Notes: generated by a model not told the origin, from the letters alone. Positions 24,801-37,253 are shown, counted from the first letter of the whole stretch. The stretch: DNA of 63,691 bases, filler included, from Lenisia limosa (GCA_001655205.1; 13 parts of 13 records of this genome joined end to end with filler, not necessarily neighbours in it); one strand, 5' to 3'. A program made the numbers and translations.

Positions 24801-25955
24801 NNNNNNNNNNNNNNNNNNNNNNNNNNNNNNNNNNNNNNNNNNNNNNNNNNNNNCCTACTGGGACATTCCGATCATCTGATCAGATCTGCGACAGTGCTTA
24901 CTGTAGCTTCCGCCGCCGGCGTGAGGGGGGATGTTTAGCTTGTATAAATGTGTGGGGGGGGCAGTTTCTTTTCAATATTTTTTTATAGAGGCATCGTTCA
25001 CCACCAACCCCTGCCCTACTCATAGGTAGCCTTTTACAGTGATGGGATGCAATCGCTTTGTTTTTGTTTTGTTGTTTTTAACCCTTGTTTGTGGGTCTAG
25101 CAAACAGAGTTGATTTCGGGTTTTTGTTTCTTAATTTTTTTTTTTATTATTATTATTGCTTTACACCCCCTCCCCAGGACATAGACCTTGTTTTGAGCGA
25201 AGAGGAAGAAACCGGGGTTGATGTTCGCATTATCATGGTTTGTTGAAACTCTGGGTGTAGGTGTGAGATATACATCTTTATAGTTATACATTTACGTGTG
25301 TATACAGTGACCAGGATAAGTCTTGACCGATTATCCTTGGGAAACACAGCAAATCGGTCAAGACAAATCCCGGTCAATGTATATGTCTACTCTCTGACTG
25401 AATTGGATTCATCCTTGAGGCTGCTGGACTAAAAAAAATACGATTTCCTCACTTGATCTGTAGCCTTCTATCCAATCTAATTCCCCATTATACTTTTTTC
25501 ATCTAATACTGCAGGATGCGATTCGAGCAGTATGGGACATTTGCCTCTCCGACCTGAATGAAACCGTTGTCACCGCCGCTCTATTGTGAGACAAGGATGA
25601 CTTTTTGTTCAATATCCTTCATTATCGTTAAGGCTTCACGTTGGTTCGAAAAATTCCGGTAACATATCGATAATTTTTAAAGATTTATCGATATACAGTC
25701 TCTTTTCGAACTGAAGTGAAGCCCTAATTACCGTAATGATATTTAATGACACATCTTCTCCCTTGATAGCTGACTTATCTCAAACGGTAATCCCTTATCT
25801 TCTTTTTAATACCATATTACGGTAACTGTGCAATTTTAGATTCTGTTTTGTTTCACTAATTTTCCAACCCCCTCCAGGACCCTCAAGGCTTACCCCCCCT
25901 GGATGGTGGCACTAACGGTCTCAGACCCCAATGCTCACGAAAAACTCTCGACTGG
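18870..25955 (+). CDS. Large ARM/HEAT-repeat-like helical protein (possibly focadhesin/RST1-like), partial
   Basis: More than 12 exons of amphipathic helical sequence, e.g. VSQCLDALAALSSRIM, DPSVLKAWIAHFRAALGHFI, DYLRFLGKLCDSDAAGVALPLL, DAIRAVWDICLSDLNETVVTAAL. The family name is a guess. Confidence 0.6.
20262..20333 (+). mobile_element. Family D 3' half at an acceptor
   Basis: GTCAGCCAACAGAGTTGATTTTG...AAATTTTCCAATTTTACTCCCTCAG|ACC. Confidence 0.85.
20440..20605. repeat. Intronic minisatellite, ~28-bp unit x6
   Basis: TGTCAACTTCTGTGATATCAATATGGT(A/C)T repeats. Confidence 0.9.
20892..20987. mobile_element. MITE family A, TA-flanked
   Basis: TA|GAGCTTCAC...GTGAAACCC|TA. Confidence 0.85.
21840..21936. 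mobile_element. MITE family A, TA-flanked
   Basis: TA|CAGCTTCAC...GTGAAGCCC|TA. Confidence 0.85.
23984..24076. mobile_element. MITE family A, variant-TIR subfamily
   Basis: TA|GGGCTTCCCTGCGTCCG...GGACCGTAGGGTAGCCA|TA. Confidence 0.8.
24414..24511. mobile_element. MITE family A
   Basis: As above. Confidence 0.8.
25305..25379. mobile_element. MITE family C
   Basis: TA|CAGTGACCAGGATAAG...CCCGGTCAATG|TA. Confidence 0.8.
25631..25724. mobile_element. MITE family A, TA-flanked
   Basis: As above. Confidence 0.85.
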
Positions 25956-28399
25956 TTGGGAGGGGGAGCGGCTGAGACTCTATTGTAGCACTGTAGTGTA
26001 CTATATGATGATATAATAATACATATTATATATCATATACATGTATATATANNNNNNNNNNNNNNNNNNNNNNNNNNNNNNNNNNNNNNNNNNNNTTAAT
26101 TAATTAANNNNNNNNNNNNNNNNNNNNNNNNNNNNNNNNNNNNNNNNNNNNTAATCTGTATTTAATAACTCTTCTATTGCTCTTCATTCGCTGCTATTCC
26201 CGTTTGTTCATCTGTTTTTACTGTTTGTTCGGCTACTATTTCTATTTGTTCGCCTGTTATTCCTGTTTATTGATGCAGCGATGGCGCTAGGTTTCATATT
26301 TTCGACACTGATGAAGCAGATATGCCTCCTTGACATCTGCAGGAATATCTTTCCACGTGGCATAACGTCCAACATGCTGATCAAGATGGATCATTACAAA
26401 AGTTTCGGGCTATATCTCATCAGAATTTCAATTTGACAAAAAACTAACCTCAGAATCGTGTTCTCCTGCTAATTTTGCGTTTCTAAAGATGGTCCTTTAT
26501 AGGGGTAAAAAAAGTTAGTATTTAAGCCTATTTTAAGCAAACTTTTGAAAAGGGGGATTTCAAAAAAAACGGTGAAAAGGCAACTGGATGACCTGAGTTC
26601 ATTTCCGCCGCCGTAGTTAGAAGGTTTTCAGTTCAACCCTCGGCGTGGTACTTTTTTTTCTCTTCTGTTTTCTCTCTTCTTTTTTTTCTCTCTTCTTTTT
26701 CGCATTTTTAACAGTGTATTTAAGAACACACAAAGGTACTCTGTTTACTAACAACTGCAATATAGTCGTTATAATGTGTTTGATAATTTTTTGTGGTAAT
26801 CACATCGAAATATCATAAGATTGGCTTGTTTTGTTTCAAAATGTATTGAAAATGGCCAAATTTCACATATATCGGAAAATTTCACATATTGCTGGACGGT
26901 GTGATATATACTAGATACATAATCAAACATATGTATACTACATACACATGCATGAACGGCTCCCCATAAAACCCTATTAATCCCGATATTTTTATAAATT
27001 TTTTGAATAATTTCCCTCAAAAAACTTGGACATAAATAAAAACCAATAGAAATACGAAATAATGACCGAATGTAAAATTTCACACAATTTCAGGAAAATT
27101 GCCACTCTGGGCCGGGCGCCCGGGGTCATTTTCTGAAATAATCAGTTCAAAAATCCGGTTTAAAATTCTAGTCAAGATACATAGAGCTCTAAATAATAAG
27201 CCCAAATTTCAAACTTTGAATCCCTTTTGAAGCCAATTTGTTGATCAATAGCGATTCTTAGAAAATATACTTGATAATAATCAAAAAAAATACTCTAATT
27301 CAAAACATAAAAGAGAAAAAACCAGAATCAGTGAAAATCAGAATTTTGAACGGCCGCATATGGTATATATGCAGGGTCTTCATAATGTTGCCAAAATGTT
27401 GAAAATTATTAAAAGAGAAGTCTACAGACCCAGAATTATTAAAACTAGTCGTCTCAAATAACATCACCTTGATAACAACATATCATATCATATCGCTAAA
27501 GCAGGGTTCCAACCCAGAAAATGGTCACAGATATCCGAACGGTGACGTCATTATTTGCTACTTGTCCCTCAAATTTAACAAATCATGTAGTCAACATTTC
27601 TCTAAGGAAAAAAAAATAATTGCTTTAATAATCACTCAGGTCTCTTCAGTTATGTTTGTGATTTATCCGAGCCAGTTACTGGGTTGGCATTTGTTAGTCA
27701 CAATTTATAATGAGCATTTGATTTGAATTACCCCACCTACCAAAATGTTCTAGATTCTGAAGCACACTTGACAGCCCTGGCAATTGCGGTCATATCTCCG
27801 TCCAAGTCTTTGACTGAAGGAAAAGCTATAGAAAAAATTAGTCGCTCTATTGAAATGTCAAGACAAACCTTCGCATTTGCGAGAAGTGTCGCGCTTGCAA
27901 TTATTACAAAGATATCAACCAGTCGTCAGGAACTTGAAAATGATTTCAGGGGTTATTGTTGTACGACAAGACGTTGTGCCAAAATTCAAATAATATACGA
28001 CAAGACGTTGTGCCAAAATTCAAATATCAAAAAAAACATACAAGAGATACTAGTATATAGTATATCATATCGTATGATATATGACATATCATATAATATA
28101 ATAATATATATACTATTTGGTAAATATATGTCAAAATGGTAAACGAAACTAAACCAACCAAAATNNNNNNNNNNNNNNNNNNNNNNNNNNNNNNNNNNNN
28201 NNNNNNNNTTAATTAATTAANNNNNNNNNNNNNNNNNNNNNNNNNNNNNNNNNNNNNNNNNNNNCCGTTTCACCCCCCCCCCCCTTGCCTATGTATTTAT
28301 TTGTTTCCCAAGATTTCTAATGTATACTGTTTCTATTCTCCCAGGCTTCACAAAAAATAAACCAAATTTCTCGAAAAATCCTCGAAAGCTATCGATATC

Positions 28400-31300
28400 A
28401 TACCCCCACCCACCTTCATCTTTTTAGCCAGGGTAGCCTCCTCAGCTGCTCTGAGGTCTTCCACCTCCTCCGATTCGGGATGCTCAGAAAGAGTCGGGAC
28501 CCGGGTTATGTCTTGTCCGCAGTACGTCATGAGGTTTGCGAGGATCTGCGGGGAATTAATTATGAAACAAAAAAAAAACAATGTAATGGGAGGGGAGGAT
28601 GGGAACAAGAAGAGTTTTCAATCTACTCTCATACTGCGAGGACAGGAACTTATCCAGCCTTGAAGCTTGAACTTAATCATGTCTCTCGACCAATGCTAAC
28701 GGCTCCACACACCACCAATTTATCAGACCATTCAACACACTTCCACCAATTTCTCAGACCATTCAACAGTTTTACTTCTGAAACGCTGTTTATTACTGTA
28801 AAAAAATGACTGGCAAAAGCCCAGATAAATGCCTTGCAAAAGCCCAGATAAATGACTAGCAAAAGTCCCGATAAATGACTGGCAAAACCACAGACCTTTG
28901 CATTCGGTGAGTTGTCGCGGAGGCTGGAGAGATCCATCATCACCACCAGCGCCTGGGGGTGTGAGGAGTATGGGGGGGATTAGAAGGAATTAAACTCTTA
29001 CGGATTTATTAAAAATTCCTGAAATCCCCCCCCCCCCCNNNNNNNNNNNNNNNNNNNNNNNNNNNNNNNNNNNNNNNNNNNNNNNNNNNNNNNNNNNNNN
29101 NNNNNNNNNNNNNNNNNNNNNNNNNNNNNNNNNNNCAGGGCCTAAAAGGGGTAAAAATGGAAATATCGACATTTATCGAAGATTTAACGAGAAATTCAGT
29201 CTTTTTTTTAAAAACCGAAATGAAGCCCCTCAAGGTGCAAACTTTCAAAAGAGCTCGAATGAAGGGGGACAATGATGTAGGTAGCTCAGTTGCTGGAGAG
29301 TAAAATTGGAAAATTTTGAAACAAAAAAGAGCCCAAAATCAACTCTGTTGGCTGACAACACACGAGGGTTGATAACANNNNNNNNNNNNNNNNNNNNNNN
29401 NNNNNNNNNNNNNNNNNNNNNNNNNNNNNNNNNNNNNNNNNNNNNNNNNNNNNNNNNNNNNNNNNNNNNNNNNNNNNNNNNNNNNNNNNNNNNNNNNNNN
29501 NNNNAGAGAAGGGCTGCATTAAGTTGTATTCCTGATGGATAACGAAAGCCTTAATAAAACTCGAAGTATAAAAGAAAGGAAAATTTAAATAGAGCAAGGG
29601 TGAAGAGAAAAGTCGAGAGGAATAATAGGTGGGGGGTGCAAAACCTCGACAGGGGGTGCTATACCTCGACAAAGGGTGCTATACCTCGACACATCATGTG
29701 TCNNNNNNNNNNNNNNNNNNNNNNNNNNNNNNNNNNNNNNNNNNNNNNNNNNNNNNNNNNNNNNNNNNNNNNNNNNNNNNNNNNNNNNNNNCATAAAAAA
29801 AAAAAAAATTTTTTTTATACAATTTACCACCAAAGAGATAACAATTATCCATTAAATTGACTTGCAATTGTGGCAAAATGACTGATATGAGTGCCCAAAA
29901 GCTCCAATTGGTTTTATATTGAAAGTACCAATTATGGACCAATGAGTTTTAATCACGCATAATTGTACCAAAGAGAAAAGGAAATGAAGAAAAAACCAGC
30001 TGGTTTTACAGAAAAGTAAGAAACTTTAATTTTGTTCATTTTTGCTGATCGAGATCAAGAACTTTTGAGATCAGCGATCTTTGATTTTCAATTGTTTTTT
30101 TTTGTTTTTTTCCTCCCTTTTTTCAAGTTTAAGTTGTCTAAAGTTGTGTTTCTTTCCAAAATAATGTTATTCGTAGATTCGACGATTTACCAAATCAGGT
30201 TTTTGTTTGGGGCCAATGCTAAAACTCATCTCTCTGTGGACCTCCTTCATTCCTTATCCAATAATACGAAACAATCTTGTGTTTTTAATACTCTCAGGCA
30301 GCAATAAAGACTGTATACGTCTTTTTTTTTACTAATCATTCGAATCAAATCTTTCTGTTGACTTACTACTACTCTATCCATTCAAAATCTTAATACTATT
30401 AGGTTCAAAGCGACTTAAAACCTCTGCGGCTTGCTGTCCGAGGATGTCAACAGTTCCAAGCTCTCACAATTGAAGAGCAAATTGTTGCCCTCTACTCTTT
30501 TGCGGCTGAGAAAGGTGTCTCTGACTACATCACAGAGAGCACCGCTGCTGTTATCTTGAATGTTAGAGGGCTATCTTTGGAATGAGGATCTTTTGGTTTG
30601 GTATTATTATTAAATAAACTCTGCTATTTTGAGTTTATCTTCTAATTTACAAGTTTCATTAATACATTCAAGTGAAAAGTAACCAGATAGCAAAGTATAA
30701 AACTGGGGCTATTAGAAGGAAGTCTGGTAAACCCGCCTACCTCCACCCAGACATTCAACCTTTGTTTCTTAAATATGTTCTGGAAAGGATTGTGCGTGGT
30801 GATAACCCTACTAAAGCTGAGCTGAGAGAGATGGTAAGCATTGAGGATAATCTTTGAATGGTATTCAAAATTTCCATAACAAATTTCCTTTTAAAATGCT
30901 CTATTCACACACTAGGCATTCAATTTAGTCAAAGAATTTGCTGAAGTTGTTACCAAAGCACCAACCAACAAGGACTGGGCAAAACGTTGGATCCATGGAT
31001 GAGTTCATGGTTGACGTCTCAGCTGAAGGAGGCTAAGCAGACCTACGGCAAGTCCACCCCCCCCCCCAANNNNNNNNNNNNNNNNNNNNNNNNNNNNNNN
31101 NNNNNNNNNNNNNNNNNNNNNNNNNNNNNNNNNNNNNNNNNNNNNNNNNNNNNNNNNNNNNNNNNNNNNNNNNNNNNNNNNNNNNNNNNNTGTCACGCCT
31201 GCACCTTTGGATGACTACAAAACAAGGTTGATGAAAGAAGTGGAAGACTATGAGAAAGAAGAAAGAAAGTCGAGGAAGCTGCTATGAAAGGTATTTGGTT

Positions 31301-34300
31301 TTGCAATTTGGAATTATCTTTTAAAAAAACTCTATAACTTACTTGTTTTAGAAAGAGCTGAAGAACGCCAAACTCGTGGACAAGCCAATTGTTGGTTGAA
31401 TCCTATCAAGAATTTGTAATTACATTGTGTATTTCTAGACCGTTGGTGAATTATTGATTTCGTAGGTGAAAAAAAAGGGCTGCACCAAAAAGGCTAATAC
31501 TGGTGGTATGAGTGGCCTTATTATTTGTATTTGAGTTGTAGTTTTTCACAACATCTTACAATTTATGGGGTAAAAAACCTAAGAAATAATAAGGTGTTGT
31601 ATGTATCCTTTGTCTAATCTCTTGTGTACAATATATACACATAAATGGTCTTGAAAAAGGTGGTTTTGTTGAGGAAATTGAGTAAATACAAAAGTCGAGG
31701 AGACAATAAGGCATGCGATTATATTTTGAAAATACGCAAAAAAGGGTCAATTTACCCACAAATTGTCTATATTACACCCTTTGTCGAGGTATAGCACCCC
31801 TGTCGAGGTTTTGCACCTCCACCTATTGGATTGTTTATAAAAGCCCAAAATCAACTCGGCTGGCTTGGGTGAAAACGAAGAAAATTTCGATGAAGAATAA
31901 TGTGTAACGGTACTAATCAACCAAATAATAGTTTCTGGGGGGTAAATGGAACCCCCACACACGACTGTCCAATTATACCCCGCCTCACCCCCGTGATTTG
32001 ACTACAAATAGAGATGACGTTGCATTCAGTTAGCATACCCAGAATCGAGGCGTAGATTGCGATGGCAGCGTTGACAGTTTGAACAGTATCGGCAAAAGTT
32101 ACTAATGAGTCTAAAGAGGCTAGGACCTGGGAGAGGGGAGTAAAATTGGAAAATTTATGAAACAAAAAGAGCCCAAATCAACTTTGTTGGCTGAAAACAC
32201 ACGAGGGATGACAACAACGAAACAAGTCGCTTTTGCAGCACCGCATCCCATCACTCCAGCGTACGTAAAATTGAAAATTTATGAATATCTGGCCGAAGGC
32301 GTCCACATCATCACGTTTATAAGGGATATTACTATAGTATAATATTATTTATCCAATCGTTAGCCTTACAACTGTACATACATTCTGCGCAGCGAAATAA
32401 TACATAGCAATACCCTCCCTACACTTTCACCCATTCTCTCAAACCCACCTTCTCTCTAGATCGCCTGAGATCAGCCAGCGTGCCCTCAACGTCTATGTCT
32501 GAAGGCAGCAGCGTACAGAGCTGGTCGAAACTGGGGGTAATTTTAATGGGGGGAGTGTACTCAACTTTTATTTGGGGGAAGAATTAACAATGTTGCTCTT
32601 AACGGGGAGGAGGGGGAATTAGTAAGAGGAGAGGGAGATGAGACACAAAAAAAAGCGTGACCTTTTCAATATCACTCTTCTTCTTCAATATCACTCTTCC
32701 TTCATCTTCAATATCACTCTTCTTTCATCTTCAATACCACTCTTCCTTCATCTTCACTAACATTCTTCATCTTCAATATCACTCTTTTTCTTCAATATCA
32801 TTCTCTGTTTTGCAGTTAAATCATAGAGATTTGGTGGTTGACTGTACACAAGTAAAACACACCCATCCTCTTCTTCCCTCCTTTTCCCAATATTGCATTA
32901 ATACCCCCCCCCCCNNNNNNNNNNNNNNNNNNNNNNNNNNNNNNNNNNNNNNNNNNNNNNNNNNNNNNNNNNNNNNNNNNNNNNNNNNNNNNNNNNNNNN
33001 GTTGGAGTTGTAGTACTTCTGAACTTCCTCCAATGAGACTCCGCAGTTCACTAAACTACAGGAAATGAGAGGGACGTTGCATTTAACAAAACTACAAGAA
33101 ATGAGAGAGACGTTGCATTTCACTAAACTATCTGGGAATAGGAGCACCAACCTCATAGCGACTCCATAGGTCATATTCGCTGTACCCGATCCCATAGAAA
33201 CGGCCTCATCAAAGGGGGTAAGTGAGGTCAATTCCGGCTGCAACGTCCTGAGGATTTCCCGTTAATCTTCAAGGCTTTCAAAATGGAAAAATATCTGATA
33301 TGTTACATAGGGCCCTGTGAAATAAATAAAATTTTTGTAAATTTTGCGTTTTAACGGCATCACGAGTGAATGTACTTACTTTGTTTCCTAGATTTCTACT
33401 CGTATGCAGAGAATACCCCCCCCTCCCAAATTTTTTATCTTATTCAAAGGATACGAAAAAAAGGTAGAAAAACGTCTACAAACATTGAGGAAAGGAGCTG
33501 TTGGATCTCTTCAGCGAGAGCGTACTGCAAAAGTCGAGTTAAATTGATGGAAAGAAGAGAAGACAAAAAAAAGAAAAAAAAGAAGAGCAGTATTCCTAGA
33601 AAGGGAACAANNNNNNNNNNNNNNNNNNNNNNNNNNNNNNNNNNNNNNNNNNNNNNNNNNNNNNNNNNNNNNNNNNNNNNNNNNNNNNNNNNNNNNNNNN
33701 NNNNNNNNNNNNNNNNNNNCGTGCTCGACTAGGGTTCGTTAAAGGAAGGTCAACTAGTACATTGTTTAGGAATACACTACGGCGCATCGACTTGGGATTC
33801 TTGTGAAAAAGTTGGAATTCCCATATTTTACATGGAAATCCCATTTAATATGATGTGGAAAGTTGAAGAAATCTATGAGATTCCCAAAAAATACAAGGGA
33901 AACCCAAGTCTATGTGCCGAAGTTACCATATGATATATATATTATGGTTATGGCTTCACTTCGGTTCGAAAAAGAACGGTAATTTATCGATAGTTTTCGA
34001 GGATTTATCGAGAAACTCAGTCATTTTTCGAACCGAAATGAAGCCCTAAAGATTGTTTGTGGAAACAAGAAGTAAAACAAGGATGTGTTGAAGAAATATA
34101 CACTTGATTGAATAGATGATAAAAGAGAGATAAAACGGAAAAATAATGTAGATAAAATAGATAACAGCGGAATGCATGAAAAACGAAAAAAATTGTCAGA
34201 CCAAAATCCACGTATTCCTAGATTTCAAAAAAGCACTGAAAACTAAGTACCCCAATTCGTTTCAGAACCTCGACTAAGCTCTTCCAATGTACAATTCCCT

Positions 34301-37060
34301 GCAGTAAAGAAAACGTTGCCGAGTCGACTGTCAAAGCTGTATTATTATTTTGAGCCAAAAAGTAAATTCGCAACAGTGTATGAAGCTGTATGATCTTTTT
34401 GAAATTTTTCACCCACTGATCAAAACTCTCTTCCTTGGCTTTTGCGGTTAACATAGTCAATTGCAGAGCAACATCATCTGCTCGAATCGTTGTACTATCT
34501 CAATTCCCGATCGGCAATCATGTACAACTGGTCTCTCGGCATTTTACAATTTGTGGCAGGAGGGTTTTTACTAATTATTTGATGTTTTTCTTATATACCC
34601 CACCTCCCAAGACATCGCATGTGCACATTTTTATGCCAACAATCTTTCCAAGTTCGGTCGTGGAAGCAGTGTAGTTTGACAATTCATTCAACTTGGCGAT
34701 CACCCTGTCAATTCAAGACCCTTGGCTCGCGCATAGACGCTATCTTGATCAGAACTCACTGTAAAACGTGATGCTTCAGTCACGCATCAGTCACACCGTA
34801 ATTTGTGAGTCACACATCAGTCACGCCGTAATTTGTGAGTTATGCATCAGTCACATCGGTTTGTGACTCACATTTTGAGCAGGGTTATCATCCACGAACC
34901 GGGCTCGATATCTTTTAAACCTTTAAAACTTCGAGCGAAATTCCCAATGATGTTGTTTTGGTTAAGTATGAATCTTTATATGGTTTTGTCTTTCAACATC
35001 GGTAACACTCCAGATCGATGCAAACCATTTGAGAAGGCAGAGGTACACCAAAGACGGCTAAGATTTGTGCAGAAAATCCTCAAGTCAAGTCTGGCTGGTG
35101 TAACTTCTTTCACTCACCACCAGACTCTTGGTCAAAAGGTTATTTGTAGAATTTTAACAGGTTTCTATCCCTTACAGTGAACAAATATTACCGCAATCCC
35201 ACAATAACACCGTCACACTTCCAGAGTGCTGCCATATTCCCCTTAAGAATGCCATCGAGGTTTGCTACTGATTACTACTACATGGATGAATTGTTCGTTA
35301 TTTAGTCCTGGGCCTCCGACTCCACCATTGCCAAGTTTGTTTACGCCAGAACGACCAGCATTAATGAGGCTCTGAATGGAATAGTATGATGGTTACCCTT
35401 TTTAAAATGAGACTGAAGTATTTAGCGTTTCTTACTAGCTGAACACAGCTCCTTCAATTTAAAGGAAAACAAATCATCTCAGCAATTGGCGGAGGCCTTC
35501 ATATCGCAGTGTCGGGAATTTTCAACTTTGGGAGAGATTGTGAAGGTTCTTTCGGACTGCGGACTCGCGGAGGAATACCCTTCAATCACGCCCCAACTCT
35601 TGCCAGGAAAAGAGGCATTTGCCGCTCCAAGGTCTGCGCAGCCCTGACCGCAGGCAGACTCCCCACCCACTCCGGCCTGCCATGGCCGCGGAAGAACCGG
35701 CCCCTACTATTTTGGGTTATAAAAACAATATTGTTACTTCAGTTGCTTTCCAGTGGTAATAGTTAGATACCATAGCTATTTTCCTGGTAATATTTTGGTA
35801 CCTCAGCAGCCAAATAGGAAGAGAAACATTAGGAATACTGTCAAGCCGAAGCCGTTAAAACCTTGGTGTATTGGCAAATAATGGGCCAATAATAATCACA
35901 AAAAAAAGAAGAAAAAAGAGAAAAGTTAAAAAAAAAACAATAACAAAACAACCCCCCCCCCCAACGCATTTCATTCCTGCGCAAGTTNNNNNNNNNNNNN
36001 NNNNGTAGAGCGTGGACGCATATACTTGAGGAAGCGCCGGGTCACCACCACTTGCCTAATATGGTAACTATCCTGTGGTGCAACTTACCAAATGTGGAAA
36101 TAATAACTCTCACCATTTGCATTTTTCACTACCCCCACCCCTTCCACAACCTCGATCGAAGCATGAAGGATTTCAGCGAGACTTCCCGCTGCCAATCGCC
36201 GAGTCAGGGCGTCTATTTCGGGAAACTGGGGGGGGGGGGNNNNNNNNNNNNNNNNNNNNNNNNNNNNNNNNNNNNNNNNNNNNNNNNNNNNNNNNNNNNN
36301 NNNNNNNNNNNNNNNNNNNNNNNNNNNNNNNNNNNNNNNNNNNNNNNNNNNNNNNNNNNNNNNNNNNNNNNNNNNNNNNNNNNNNNNNNNNNNNNNNNNN
36401 NNNNNNNNNNNNNNNNNNNNNNNNNNNNNNNNNNNNNNNNNNNNNNNNNNNNNNNNNNNNNNNNNNNNNNNNNNNNNNNNNNNNNNNNNNNNNNNNNNNN
36501 NNNNNNNNNNNNNNNNAAAAGACTGAATTCTCGATAAATCCTCAAAAACTATCGATATTGTACCAGTCTCTGGAATGAAGTCCTAGTCTTGCTCACATTC
36601 ACCACTCACCTCTACTCCAATTGATGGTAGAAGAGAGGTATCATGGTCAGAGGCTGGCTGTTGCGATTAAAAAGGAAATTAATTTATTGATACAAACAAG
36701 TCCAAAATCAACTCTGTTAGATGGCAACATATGAGCGTTGAAAATATCAAAACAAACAAAGCCCAGTAGTCGCTTTTAGTTGTATTATGTTATAGAAAAT
36801 AAACATGTCTCTCCCCCAGCCCCCCCCCAAAAAAAAAANNNNNNNNNNNNNNNNNNNNNNNNNNNNNNNNNNNNNNNNNNNNNNNNNNNNNNNNNNNNNN
36901 NNNNNNNNNNNATATCAAAACCCCATTAACACGCCATCCCTCTCACTTTAGCATGGCCGTCCCTCGTGCGTTTGAGAGATATTTCGTCAGAATTGGCTGA
37001 CGACAAATTGCGGGCAAAAGCGAATAGCGACTCGGCTGAATTGGTTTGAGACTTATGGGT
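28400..37060 (-). CDS. Long multi-exon hypothetical helical protein
   Basis: Phase-consistent exon chain YALAEEIQQLLSSM|TLQPELTSLTPFDEAV...|FDQLCTLLPSDIDVEGTLADLRRSREK|VLASLDSLVTFADTVQTVNAAIAIYASILG, plus ALVVMMDLSSLRDNSPNAK|ILANLMTYCG... The 34200-35700 part is ambiguous in strand. Confidence 0.55.
28805..28890. repeat. Intronic minisatellite, 23-bp unit x4
   Basis: AAATGACTGGCAAAAGCCCAGAT repeats. Confidence 0.85.
29293..29378 (-). mobile_element. Family D 3' half at an acceptor
   Basis: ...CCCTCGTGTGTTGTCAGCCAACAGAGTTGATTTTGGGCTC...TTTTACTCTCCAG; the 5' part lies in Ns. Confidence 0.85.
29628..31823 (+). mobile_element. Pogo-like (Tc1/mariner superfamily) DNA transposon remnant inside an intron
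   Basis: ~50-bp TIRs (GGTGG(G/A)GGTGCAAAACCTCGACAGGGG..TGCTATACCTCGACAAAGGGTG at 29628 and its reverse complement at 31775-31823), TA on both flanks. Internal exons encode RKSGKPAYLHPDIQPLFLKYVLERIVRGDNPTKAELREM|AFNLVKEF...TNKDWAKRWI, a CENP-B/Tc5-type HTH. No DDE domain seen. Confidence 0.8.
32127..32264 (-). mobile_element. Intronic repeat family D, complete GT...AG copy (introner-like)
   Basis: GTACGCTGGAGTGATGGGATGCGGTGCTGC...CCCTCGTGTGTTTTCAGCCAACAAAGTTGATTTGGGCTC...AAATTTTCCAATTTTACTCCCCTCTCCCAG, ending at the host acceptor. Confidence 0.85.
33951..34046. mobile_element. MITE family A, TA-flanked
   Basis: As above. Confidence 0.85.
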
Positions 37061-37253
37061 AGGGGAAAAAAGGTGGGAAAGGGGGAGGAGGGTACGATGT
37101 GGAAGTTATCGTGAGTAAATAAAATTGATTGGAAAATGTTTGAAACAAAAAGGGGGGGTTGAATCTGACCAAAGCCGTCCACACCATTCTGCTTTCAGAG
37201 ATATTGGATTTTAAATATTAATTCGCCAATCATTTACTTCAGACTTACAACCA

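Noticed and set aside
26290-26470. In-frame TGA suggesting a recoded stop or selenocysteine
   Set aside because: RRP36 and the 37614 gene end in TGA, no SECIS or redox motif is evident, and the region looks like TE decay.
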